A model generated the notes under the pieces. That model was not told the DNA's origin, searched no databases, and saw only the letters and a list, made by a program, of their open reading frames with translations. This document shows, one piece after another, positions 48,623 to 61,553 of a DNA stretch of 64,000 nucleotides (its first letter is position 1; the number at the start of each line of letters is the position of its first letter). Made by a program: the position numbers and the translations under genes. The stretch is taken from positions 62,001-126,000 of the forward strand of contig JBPGPT010000009.1 in the NCBI GenBank assembly GCA_051047955.1, written 5' to 3'. The DNA is from Cystobasidiomycetes sp. EMM_F5. Taxonomy: Eukaryota.

Positions 48623-51600
48623 CTAGATGCGCTGTATGACTGTGCGTCTCTTCTCTGCCCGTCGCATCGTGTTGAGTCCGGGTCCAGATGGAGGGTTTGG
48701 ACGCGATTGCGCCCATGGCTTGGATGAAGATTGTTGCGGCTGGTATGGCTGATACTGTTGCTGCTGAACTGTATCACTGCTCGATTGAGCATGCTGCTGC
48801 TGTCGCGAGCGGCTGTTGTATAGCGGTGTCGCCGAATTTTTACGAAGAGCCGTAATGCTCATGCCGGTTGGAGGCTGGTGAGCAGCGTGCTGCAACGAAG
48901 GAGACGGCGCATATGGAGATGGAGAGGTCTCCAAGTTGAAGTAACTCGCATTGTTGTCATCCTTGTAAGAGGCTGGCGTAACGGGTCGACCGCTATACGG
49001 AGAACGTGCCGCTAGCTCTTCCGCCTCCTCGCGATCTTCAATCGCATGTGCGTGGAACTCGCAGTACGGAAGACCGGACAGGACGTAGTGGTACTGATCC
49101 AGCAAGATTGAACATGCAGGATCCGCGCAAGCAAAGCATGCGGGGTGGTCTAAATACGTTGGAATCGTTAGTATGTAGCACGTATTATTATGTACCATGC
49201 TACACAGGTCACTTACACCTCCCACCATTCCCATTCTCCTCACCAACAAGGCTTACGCACGGTCCTTCTATACCCTCCATCGTGCATGCAGGATTTGCGC
49301 AAAGCGTCCCGTTCAAGGCGTGATAGTGTCGAGCGCAGCTAATTGAATAGAAACAGTCAGCTTACTCTCGCTGAGACTTGATTTATCGAAACTCACAACG
49401 GCTGATAATTGAAGACGTAGAAGTCACCGGTAGGGAACGGCTTTGCGCATTCAAAGCACGCAAAGCATTTTGGGTGGAATTTGCCCTTGACCTTACCGTC
49501 ACCAGACCCAATCGCTTTCCCTTCTATAGGGTGCGTACACTTCTGGCATTTCGGGAGGTAAAGTGTTCCATAGCAATCTTTGCAGAACGATTTGCCATCC
49601 TTGGTAGCTACGACTGGACCGCTATGCGAGTCTGAAGCGAGCACTGCATGACAAGCTGCACATTCTGTCGTTCTGGTCTCGTGACTAGCTCCCGGCAGAC
49701 TCGTAGACCGTAACAAGGGTGACACGGGCCCTTGATGGAAGCGATCTAGTATAGGCGAGGAGGACGATAGGACAGGCGAAGGCGCCAGCCCTCTATATTG
49801 TTGATACGTGTATGCAGTGTCATTTATGTTTGACCCACTGACGTCAAGAAATGTATTCTTGGCTTCTTGTGGCTTTCCGTTGGGTACGCTCAGACTCTGC
49901 TTGCTCATTTCTCGCATCAGATCATCCAAGCATGCATCCAATCCAAGACCCTGTCCGCCATTCGTATTACCGAAGGACTCGCTCACGCCGCCCGCAAAGT
50001 CTCCCAGTTGTGGAACTCGCGGAGTAGGATGATCATCGTCGTGTTTCGCCCAGCGACCATGTTTAATGTTCATATCCCACAACCCGCCCTCAGAGCTGTC
50101 TGGTTGCGCAAGATCAGCTGGATCTGTGGTTTGAGACTCGTCATTGACGACTAGTGACCCAAATCTGCCGGTAAATCTACCAAACAAAGCAGGCTGGGGC
50201 GTGGGGTACGAGTCAATGAAATCCTCAGCTTCGTCTGCCTGATACGCAGCAGCTGAAGGCTCTGTTTGCCAAGTATCAGTCGCCTGATTGGGGCCCGCTC
50301 CACCGGGGTTGGGCGATGGGACTGCATCTTCGGGAAAGTCATCGCCGGGGGATGTGGATCTTGGCGCATTCAGTCCACCAACAGTGTTGCCTGGGTCACG
50401 ATGTGACGGATTGTTAGCGGAGAAATCGGCTTTTATAGCGTTGCTGTTCTGCTGTGATGGGAAAGCAGCAGGACTTGGCATGTCGGGCGAGGTATCTGGC
50501 GTCGCGAGGAAGCCCATCGTTGCGCTGACATCGCCAACTCCATCTTCATCATCATTTTGACCTGCCGTACTTGATTCATTGCGATGGCCAGAGAAGCCGG
50601 ATGAGGACGATGCCGAGGCTCTCGATGAAGAAGATTGCTCGCTCTCTTCAGATGAACTCTGTATTCTTCTGCGCTGTTGGTGCGCGTGGTGCGCGTGGTG
50701 CCGCACAGCCTTTTCATTCTGCTCGCGTTGTCTTTCTCGTGAGATCTCCCTTTCGCGATAAGTAGCGGATTGACCGTATCTGTTATAAGCCTGTTGCGCA
50801 CGCGAAATCTCATCGCTATTTTGATGTGGTAGAGCCGGTCGGTTGGATTTCTGTGGCTCTTTGCTATCTGGTGTTGTGCTTGAAGCACTGTATGAGCCAG
50901 AGCGAGGGGGAGGCGAAATGGAAGCAGCTGCTAGAGACAAGGAGCCCGAAGATGTAGTAGATGAAGATTGACTAGCCGACCAAGCTGATGGAATGGGATT
51001 ACGCGGAGTCGCGTGAGGCTGTGAGCCATAAGATATGGGTTGCTGGCGATCAGCAGAACTGGGCGACACCTGGTTGCTGTCTGAAGAAGACGTCGGGCTG
51101 CCTCCGTTGCCGTACACGCGCTGGTACTTTTCAAAGAAGGGAAGCTTATTAATGGACCCGGCTGGAGATGCTGATAAACCAGTAGGCGTAAACGGGTGTG
51201 TTGACAGAGGTTCCCCTTGGAACGCCCCGATACCAGCTCGATTTTCCACCGCGACTGCCGACAAGCTTGAGCTGGAACTGGCAGACCTTGGTAAGGCGCT
51301 ACTTTGGAACGACGGAGATTGTTGAAATCGCTTCTCATTTTCTGATGGAAGGGGTGCTGATTGGGGAGTACCGGACCCAGTGTGCTGCAGCGGGCTTAGC
51401 CTACCTTGGTTGGCTCCACTGTTGTAGCTGCTGTTGTTGCTAGCCAGTCGAGGACGCGCCCACGGTGCAGAGGATGACGACGCAGAGGATGAGACCGGAC
51501 TGGGCGTGCTGCGGTCTAAGGAGAGCCCGCTACCGTTTGAAGGAGAGAGACCTCTGCTACTGTATGGCGTTCCGAGTGCTGTAAGGGACCTTCATCAGTG

Positions 51601-52276
51601 ACAGTTGTTGACATATGAACTGAAGGCACATACCAGGCTGGATGCCAGTTGTCTGCTGAGCCTGAATGACGTTTATCCGAAGGTTGCTCGCAAGGCCTCT
51701 CTTGCTTTGACCTGGGTCGCTTTCACTCGCACTCTCATCGGAACTGAATTGGCGGGCACGGTGTCCATCGTGTATGATACCCTTGTACTGTTTATCTGTT
51801 TGCTGATTCGACGCGTCGCCGCCGCTGCGGTGGGGCACCAGGGCTACGCGCGGACTGCTGCAAATGTGCTCTGAAAGCTGTAGAAGAGGTACAAGGTTCA
51901 TACAGGTGGAGCATTTGATCATTTGCGGTGTGCTCGTCGTTGGAGATTGGCCAGATTTATCGTTGTTTGGAGTTGCTGGATATCTTGGAATCAACAAGTT
52001 GACGTGGGTCGGTGACTGCATACTACTGTGGCTGTCGTTACTGTACGGTGGCCTCGGCCTGCTCATTGCGGTGAACATGGCTGCCGGGCTGGCCCTGCCA
52101 ATGCTTCCTGGTGTGGATTTTGAATTTGCGGAATAATTTTCGCGGTTTTGTGATCCACCTCCACGCGATATACTGCTGGGCGTCGTTATAACATGTCCAT
52201 ACTGCTGCTGAGTGTGACCGATGGCATTCAATGGCAGTCGGTCGCGTCCCAAGTTGCCACTGGAGAGGTGTGCCAT
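48623..52276 (-). CDS. LIM-domain (paxillin-like) scaffold protein
   Basis: C-terminal LIM repeats CQKCTHPIEG...FHPKCFACFECAKPF...CARHYH, CANPAC...HPACFACADPAC...YCEFH; long disordered middle; N-terminal CSTC-x11-HIC. Confidence 0.85.
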
Positions 52277-53208
52277 TTCCGCTGCAGCAACGGGGCAGCT
52301 TTTTGGCTTGTCAGTGCGCCTGTTGTGCAGCTGAGAACTGGTTGTGGATGGCCTTCGACGTCTGCAAAGATGCGGCTGATGCACCAATGATATTCGGACT
52401 TTTCGCTGTGCTTGACGCGTTAATGGTGTTTATGTTTGACCAACCGCAGCACAGGCGATGCTTTGGAGCTTTCTCGACCAGTGATGTCGTGCTGTCAGTC
52501 TACAGCTAACGAGACGTGTCTGCCGCAGGTAAAGCAACCCGTTGCGCCGTTGTCCGCTGTCAAAAGCTGATCATTCAATTGAGGAATGCTGGAGATTCAT
52601 GGCCGGTGATAACAGGGACCACTTCTTCATCATCTGTAGTCGAGTCGTCAAGAGGCAGCAGCTGAATTCTCTTTCTAAACACTCAAACAACGTCGCTGAA
52701 CATATTGATCTTGACTGACTTGTTCGCTCGAACATGCCCGACAGGTCGAATTAGTGCATGCCATCGGGGGAATGTCAGCGAATTATAGGCAACGGAGATC
52801 CCGAGCCTCATGCCGTTGGTATTGATAACGACTGCAAAGCCCCGTTGAGCGTATTGCGCAAATGAACAGACTCGCCATGTACTGTACAAACCACAGCAGC
52901 CTGAGTATACATTTTTACTTGCACGAAATGACAATGAAACTCTCGCATGATGACTAACGATGCGTTCCGTGAGCATTCTTTACGTTCCCTCTACGCTCTC
53001 TGCGTCTTCCATCCAGATCTCGAAGTGTTTTGTTTCGGATGACATCCTTCGAGTGGCACTGCCTCCGCAACTAGCCTATGACAGGGCCATGTGTCGCGCT
53101 CGCAATTGTCCTTACGTATAAGCTCTAAAGATACTACACCCCACAGACCGTCGAACACTGGCATCCAGCACACTCTTTTGACCTTTCATCGTACTGACAG
53201 CCGCATCG

Positions 53209-55465
53209 ATGGTGCGTACCTGTCTCAGCGTCAACAAGGCCTCCGTCCAGGACGAAAACTTTTTCGGTGAGATCTTGAGGACGTACATACGCTCACCGAG
53301 CAAAGGACTGACCGGCGTCATTGTAACATGTGCTTCGGTAGATGGCATCCATGAAAAGCACGAAATAGGATGGCTTGTTGCCGGGATTGCGTGTGGTAAG
53401 GTGGTCTCGGTCGTGCATCAGACGCTGCAGCGTGAACAATGCATAATCGCTCCCATTCAGGCATCACAACCCTCATCTCAATCGCGGCTACATACCAGCA
53501 CGCTCGTTACTACTTCAAGCCAAAGCAGCAAAAAAATTGCATACGCATCATATGGATGCCCATGATTTACGGATGGATGCAGTTTGCTGGATATCGCTTC
53601 TTTCGCGACTTCGAATTCTGGTGAGAAAGCTGGATCGGGTTCTTTGGTTCACCGTGTCCTTGGCTTAAATTGCTTTCATAATATAGGGAATTAGGAGGAC
53701 TGACATATGAAGCATTCGCGTTAATGGTACGCCTCGCATCTGAAATCCGCAACGTGACACTGCATTTATACGACATCCGTTTCCAGGCCTTCCTGCATCT
53801 TCTACTAGGATATCTAGGTGAAAGCGTAACGGACCATGCCGACTTCATGAAGACCAGGGACAAGACCGGCTTACCGTGGCCGTTTGGTGTGGGTCCAACA
53901 CTGACCGAGCGCTATGGTCAACTGACGCGCTGACGATTTGCAATATAGTGTATTCGCTTCCGGTAGGCAAGCTGCAGCCATGCTGGAACGCAGGCTGATC
54001 TGACCTACGAAATGCATCCAGGCCAAGCAAGCCGTACTTTCTACACGCTTTGACCGCAGCCGTTGGACAATACTGTATTGTACGACCGCTCATGTGAGTC
54101 TTGCTGGAGTTCAGGTAAATGCATGCTCAGATGCGCCGCTAGATCCGTTATCGCGGCTGTTTGCGAAGTCTACCATGTTCTGTGTTCAGTGAGTCATCAA
54201 AGAAGACTTTCAGTCGTTCCACAAGCTGACACCTATGAGCTGATTTAGGATGATCTCGAGCCTGTCAGTATATCGATGACTTCCGCCTTGCGCTTCCTCT
54301 ACTAAGCCCTACTGTCACTGCAAATTGCTACAGTTTTATGCCGCAGCTTGGCTAGAAGCCGCCGACTTTTTCAGCATGGGCGTAGCTCTGTACGGATTGG
54401 TCTGCTTGTACCAATTGACGAAAGAGCGGATCAAGGACAAGAGGCCTTTGGCCAAATTCCTGTCTATCAAACTTATCGTCGCTCTAACATATTACCAGGC
54501 CTTCATCTTTGCTGCCTTGTCGCAACGAGGTATAATCAAAGAGACCAGTGAGCCCAATCATGCAGATACAACAGTGTACACTCTGACAATTTCGCCCGTC
54601 ATCAGCATATTGGTCGGCCAAGAATATCAGTCAAGGCTTGAACAGCATGATTGCCTGTATAGAAGTAAGCTCGCAGTATCGTACAAGCAATGCGTCCATG
54701 GTACTGAGCAGCTCACCGGACCCTCCAGATGATTTTCTTTGCGGCAGCCAATTGGTATTCGTTCTCCGCTACTGAATATCGACACATGCAAGCCGACTTC
54801 GGAGGGAGCACTAAGCCTTTCAAAGCGATTTGGGACGCTATCAATTTCAGCGATTTCATCATCGGTGTCAGTACTTCATGGCGTGCGTTTGTCTCCTCTA
54901 TCTCACGCTTTTCACTATTCAACAGGCATGGAAAGCCCTTGTCTTTGGGTTTCGATACGTCCAAGGTGCTGAAGGTACCCGCACAACGGAAAGGTACATC
55001 CTGTGCCGTCGCGAGGATGTTGACGGAATGCGAGCGCAAAGTCTAGCCAATGGCATGACGAGGGACGCCAACGCAGTCAGTTCGGCCAATCCAACGTGGT
55101 ACCCGGATAACAAGCAGTCCTACGATATCGGCAGTAGCTGTGTTGCTGGTAGTATTGAAACAGGCGTATCGTCGCTTCAACCACGACTTCCCATACCTGG
55201 CTCGACCTACGAGACCGAGGGCTGGCAGGATAATTCGCAACGGACGGAGATGTCAGAATTTGAAAGGGCTCGAGCTGATAGTATGCTATTTCCGCCGGGC
55301 CACGATCACAATGATATCGTTTCGGTGGAAGAGTACAGTCGAACGGTCTGCGGAGACACTGTTTCGAGTGTGGAAGTTCAGCCTCCTTCTATTCTCTATC
55401 CTGATCAAGTCGCAACTGGAGAAGCTGTCTTCGTTGAGTCGCCAAAGTCCATTCGCAACGCCTAG
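53209..55465 (+). CDS. Organic solute transporter Ost-alpha/TMEM184 family, paralogue 1
   Basis: HEIGWLVAG, HARYYFKPKQQKNCIRIIWMP, YEAFAL, RPSKPYFL, QYCIVRP, KRPLAKFLSIKLIVALTYYQ, IWDAINFSD; many introns including microexons. Confidence 0.9.
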
Positions 55466-55736
55466 TCGAACAACTTGTTGTAACCTCCATAGTCAGTGTG
55501 TCATCGTATCAAAATTGTGATGACTAGGTGCCATAAGCCGCGCGATCGAAGGCTCATTGAGAACAGCATGATTTTTGCAACCAGCATCGTCCGAAATAGC
55601 TCTCGGATGTTGGCCGGCCATGTACCAGGACGCCACTGCCTCCATTGATGGTGAAGATGGTTGTCAGCACACTGATAAAAAGGCTCTGATAACGCTCTAG
55701 CCAGCGTCGAGTACTTATGTGCAAAGCGCTGTCCAT

Positions 55737-57390
55737 ATGCGCACATGCGAGAGACCGAACACTTATGCTGTCGAAAGCAAGGCTTTCCTAGGTGAGCCAA
55801 GACGTTCCATACTGTTCGATGCTGCTGACACGACATATTACAGAGGGGGAGCTAGAGCTTCACGAGATAGGCTGGATCATCGCCGGTGTTGCGAGCGCGA
55901 TTACGACGATTATCACATTAGCGGCCACATATCAGCATGCCACGCATTACTACCGGCCTATGCAACAGCGGAATTGCATCAGATTGCTGTGGCTACCTTT
56001 CGTGTCGACATGGGTATACTTTGGTGCCTACCGATGGTTTCGGAGTTTCGAGTACTGGCAAGTGGATTCCGCTACTGGACAGATGCTGTAGCGAGGCACG
56101 ATCATTGATATTTCGACACGTAGGGAGCTGGCTGGACTGATATACGAAGCATTCGCCCTGCAGTCGTTCTTGAATCTCCTTTTGGGCTACCTGGGTGAAG
56201 ACGAGGAAGACCACGTTGCTTTCTTGCGATCTTCCGCCAAGAGAGGACTGCCATTTCCATTCGGGGTGAGCCACCGTTTTTGAGGACGCGCACCCCGTCC
56301 GCTAATATGCATATATTACTAGAAAATCCGTATCCGGTTTGTAACCTTGTAACAATGTTGCCAGGAGCCGACATGCTGACATTGGAGCAGCCCAAGCAAG
56401 CCATACTTTCTGTACGCTCTGGTTTTCACTTGTTCGCAATATTGCGTTGTGCGACCGCTACTATCACTTATCGCTGCGTTATGCGAGTCGTACCATGTTC
56501 TGTGCTCGGTAAGCATCGTTCAGTGCCGTCGACATCCCATTTGCTGATGCTGCGACAATGACATGTATACAGGGCGAATTTGAACCGGTACGGCCTGGGA
56601 GACAGCCCACTTAGGAAGATTGTGCTGAGTGCGGGCTGTGTAGTATTGGGCAGCCAGCTGGCTGGAAGCTATGAACTGGTTCAGCATGGTCATAGCGTTA
56701 TTCGGCGGTCTCTGCCTCTTCTCGATGACAAAACATCTCCTGAAGGGAAAGAGAGCCGAAGCCAAATTTATTACCATGAAACTGGTGGTAGCCGTTCCCT
56801 TCTTCCAGACCTTCTTATTAGACTGGCTTGAGAGGAGACATCATATAAAAGCAACGCGTAAGTCAGGCCGTATAATCCGTTTTGAAGAAGCCTCGTCACG
56901 AAATGAACTGTTTAACGACAGGCTATTGGACGGCCGAGAACATTAGAGAAGGCGTCAATTCCCTTGTCGTTTGTTGCGAGGTGAGCTGATCGCACGTTAT
57001 CGGAGGTCAGTGACGTGAACTGATTAGAAGTACGTGAGATGGTCTTGTTTGCCGGTTTGAGCTGGTGGGCATTCTCGCCTACGGACTACCGGAATATGCG
57101 CGCGGAAGGAGCTGGGCCCACAAAACCAGCGCGAGCATTCGTTGACGCTGTAAACATCAGCGACTACTACCGCGATGTCAGTCCGCTATCGTTACTACAT
57201 TATTTAAGCTGAGACAAGGTTGTGCTAGGTTCACAGATCGGTTCTTTTCGCCTGGCGGTATTTTAAGAATGAGACGGGCACAAGCTACCAAGAACGATTC
57301 GCTCTGTATCGCATCGAAGAAGTGCAGCACTTGATGATTCCGAGAAACGACGAGCCTGCTGTTGAACTTACAGAAAAAGATGCGTTGTAG
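55737..57390 (+). CDS. Organic solute transporter Ost-alpha/TMEM184 family, paralogue 2
   Basis: HEIGWIIAG, HATHYYRPMQQRNCIRLLWLP, YEAFAL, RPSKPYFL, AKFITMKLVV, FVDAVNISD; short C-terminal tail ending ...EKDAL*. Confidence 0.88.
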
Positions 57391-57526
57391 TGCAATGACG
57401 TCAAATAAACCCAACTTATCTCAAGCCAACTGCGGAAGCTCATCTGTGCCAGACATCATCTCGCAAATTGTCCGTCGTCCATTCCCCATTGTCCGTTGTT
57501 ACTGTCCGCCTGTCGTAGGCTTGACT

Positions 57527-58857
57527 CTAACTGAGATCCGAGATGAATCTAAAAAGGAGCAGCAAAAGTGCTGAACCCCCGACGAGGTGTATAGGCAGCG
57601 GCGCGGTACCTTGTGCGGCGCTAGGCAGACCAGCTGCGTTGTTTCCGTTTGAGCTGATTGTTCCTACACTCGACCCTCCGCCTGCTGCCGAGATGGCTGA
57701 CGAATTTGCCGGTAGTGTGAGATACTGCGACGGCGTAGTGTATACGAAACGGTCTAGGTCTGCATCACTGTAAACGTCAGGGATTTGTCCAGGATCGATG
57801 ATGCAGATGTTTCGTTCTTACCGAAATAAGAATAGTTGAGCGATGGGACTACCCAATTAGTAACCGTTATATTGTGTAGACTATTGTCGAGATAAGCTGC
57901 AAAGTACTGCAGACCTGGCTGGATTTTCTCGCAGGCATGAGGTACAAAGTTACCTCCGCAGCCCAGAGGAGAATGGTGGGATGTAGTAGTTCCGTCCAGC
58001 GTGACGTTGAACGCATAGTGGTCGTTGTTGGCATCGCCAAAGAGATAGACGGCGGTTCCCCGAAAAGACAGGGAAACGCTTGCACCTGACGCGTTGGTAT
58101 ACGTGGTTGTTCCACCACTAAACGCTGCATCGCTATTGCTGTCCCAGTGGCCGGTAAAACTTAAAGCAGTCTTGTTGGCATCTTCTACGGTGGTATTGAC
58201 AATGGTTGCACTGTGCATGGCGTCAGCCAGGAAAGGGTTCATGATAAAGGTGTGCTCACCTGGCTGGAGCAAGCTGAACTGTCCCGACAACCCTATCAAG
58301 TGTGAAATTGCCAGTCTGGTTGCCGGTGTATGCGAGGGATACCTGGTGACTGGTGCTACTATTGAGGCCGCGGACAGTGTAGGGCGAATATGTGCCGTTC
58401 GGCTGAACCAGATTGCCGTCGATGGTCAGATTGAATCTGCCGCGCTCAGGACTGCTCTCGACGTAAAAGTACAGGTCCGTCCCTGTCGGTGGGAACCATT
58501 CATTCAAGGAACTCATTGACAAGGACCGTATTCTACTGCTCACCTCTGAAACTGAAGTTGACTGATCCATTTGTCAGATTTGTGGTGTGGTACGTGTTGT
58601 CCCAGGCTCTGTATGCCAGCGAGTCGGAACTGATGCAATCCGAGTGAGCACAGTGCGACAAGACATGCATCTACGATTGACTACCTGAATGGTTTGGACG
58701 GGTCTGGAAGCGAAGTATCAGCCTGGACTTGTTGCATCAATCAATTTCACTCAGACTCACCGTTAGTCGACCAGTCCTTGTCGTTGGAATAGGTAAAGAC
58801 TGCGTCAAAGTCGTCGAATGTGACATTGCGAGATACAGCGTCGGCAGGAATACTCAT
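57527..58857 (-). CDS. Putative cell-surface protein with two beta-sandwich (galactose-binding-like) modules and a hydrophobic C-terminus
   Basis: Repeated VTFDDFDAVFTYS..W / TTVEDANKTALSFTGHW, ASVSLSFRGTAVYLFG, FNVTLDG, HNITVTN, LDRFVYT; many NxS/T sites; ends LPIHLVGGSALLLLLFRFISDLS*. Confidence 0.65.
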
Positions 58858-59358
58858 GGCGGGGTAGTGATGGAATTTGAGGTGCAAGGGGCTGTCAGTT
58901 TGAAAGCCAGTGAGAGAACCGCGAGAGGGGTGTAGGGATGCTCGACAGCTCGCAAGCCTGCACAGCCGCAGAAGTGCTCAGAATTGATGCGGCTCTTGAC
59001 TTCGAAGACTGCCCAACGTGCGTCGGGCTGTGTCGATGAAATGCAATACGGTTGCGTTCTGTAGAGCGTAAATATTAGACGGGCAACAGGAATGCACCGA
59101 GGCTGGCAGTGTCGTTGCTAGCAAATGTGAGACTCACAATCGAAGCCGTGTATATTAATTGGGCTCCAGGATGGCAAAACAGCGATATACAATCTAACAG
59201 TCATCCATAGAGCGTCTACGTGCAGGTGTGGTCATCAACGAGCGTGCATTATTGGGCGTGCAAAGTATTTGAATTGATTGCCAGACTGGAAAGACTACTC
59301 GTCATGCAAATGAAGCTTGACTTGTGATGCAAATGACCAGAGTCCGAGCAAGTCCATC

Positions 59359-61370
59359 ATGAACGCTGCTGTGCGAAGGCATGGACACGGTCACAGTGAT
59401 TCTGTCAGCAGCTTGGAGTCAATGTCCACGGTCTCGAGCAGTGCAGCCGGTCCATCGACACCGAGAAGACCACTTCCGCAGCCCCCAGCTGGTCCGCTGA
59501 GCAGTAGTTGGGACACGCTGGATGGCTTCAGCAGTACCCATCAGCTTCCTATATCGCCTAGCCTGTCCTCATCCGCGAGACCACTCCCTCCAGTTCCCGC
59601 AGACACTTCAAAGCATTCAACGTCATTGACGATAGTGACCCCGCAGGGAAGTGCTGCCCAGGAAGACACAGCTGCAAACACAGACAAGTCACCCACAGAT
59701 TGGGTGTCTTCAGCCTCCTCGAATTCGTCAGCAGACGCGAGGAGTATACAGCGCCGGACAGTGAAGCGAGAGTTTCCAGTCGGTTCCCCTTCGGCTGGGA
59801 GGAGACAGTATGCGAGACCGACAGGAGATACTACGCCCCGAAGGCGGAAAGATCAGTCGGGAAACGGTAGCAGTGTACCTGGCTATTTCTCTCCTGGAAC
59901 GACACCTACCAAGAGCAGTACAAACCGACGATCTGCATACGGTCAGGCTATTGGCAGTTCTACTACAAAGAGGAGATTGCGGAGTAATAACGGCCATGGA
60001 TCTTCCTTCGGAAGCTTCATATGTAGGTTTTGGCTTGTTCAACTCGCCTGTCGTGGATTCAACATACTCATGCCTTGACCTGCCTAGCCGCCTTTGAGAT
60101 GGCCTTGCGACCATGTTTCTTCGTCATCAAGAATATAGCACAACTTCTCGGTATCGCCCTTTCTCCTATCACATCTGCCATCTATACATTCGTTCTCGCG
60201 GTGCTAGCCCTGACAACCGCATACTTTCTCCTCAAAGGTCCCATCATGTCTTTCCTTTCCACCCTCATCCCTTCCTCAGTACTTTCTCTCGCCTATCCTC
60301 TTCTAGCTCTACCAAGGGCAGGGCTACGCCTGGCTGTTCCCTCTGCGATATCGTCCGCGTACTGCGATACAATAGGTATAGGATGTGCAGTTGAGCCACT
60401 GCCCATCGGCCGGCTGGCACGTACAGTATCAGATCAGGCTATCCAAGCCCACGATATATTTCAGAGTGTAGTCGCTCTAGGAAATCCCGCAAACATGGCA
60501 CTACATCATACAGAGTAAGTCGATTTACCTCTCACTCGCATAAAAGACGGCTAAACCCGAGCAATAGGGTTTGGGAACTGGCGGTCGCAGTAAAAGCTAC
60601 TAGTGGCTTGGAGAATAGGGTGGCGATGGGCGATAATTTGAAGGAGTTGGGTGACCTTACTCGCGACGTCAAGGACGCCATGCAGAGTCTGAATGCCCAA
60701 GGCATCAATAGCTTCAGTTGGATATTGCACGAGGTGGGTCCACGTCTGCAAGTCTTCTCAAGAATTATATGCTAAGGTGTACTTGCATGACCAGTTTGAG
60801 CGGATTGAGCGAACGATCGACTTGCTCACCGTCAAAGGATCAAGGTATACCACAGCAGACGTAGCTCGACAGCTGGATAATCTCTTCGAGCACCTTTCGG
60901 GTGATTTGAGCTCTCTCCTCCGAGATATCGAAAATACCATACCCATTGCAGCTCGTGCATCCCGACTTGGCGGGACTGTACTAGAGGAGTTGGGAACAGA
61001 GCACGCTCGTCTAAACAAAGCAAAAGAGGAAACACCTCTTTGGCGGCGGTTGCGTGATATCAACTCCTTTTCGTCTCGGCAGCTAGCGCGAGATTTGCAG
61101 CTCACGGGAGACAGTGTCGTAAATCTCAAAGATACAAGAAGGTCGTTGGAAGAAGCTAGAGGGTTCCTCATGGGGTACAGAGATCAAGTGTCATACTTCA
61201 AGGCAGGAGTTGTCGGTTTCCATATCGCCGATCATGGCTTGGATCCAGAAGACGAGGTGTACACGCTCAAGACGGTCATGTCGCAATTCCAGAAGTCGGT
61301 AGACCTCGCCAAAGCAGGTGGTCTACCAAAGGGCGAGACCACTGCGAGGTCTTATGAAGACGTGGATTAG
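59359..61370 (+). CDS. Uncharacterised fungal membrane protein (Ser/Pro-rich N-terminus, TM segments, coiled-coil C-terminus)
   Basis: Four exons spliced via canonical sites; hydrophobic AIYTFVLAVLALTTAYFLL; helical C-terminus VWELAVAVKATSGLENR...FERIERTID. Confidence 0.7.
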
Positions 61371-61553
61371 TTCCGAACACTGCTCACAATACATCATGTA
61401 CGAAGGAATCGATAATGTCAGCACATGCTGTTCCCTGTAGCTATCATATAATGCCTTTGCAATCTTCTCGTGACATTATGATGCAAAAGATGGAATCTTG
61501 CCTTTTGATGTTTACATGCAACTTGATACAGACTGCCAACCGACGACTGATTT

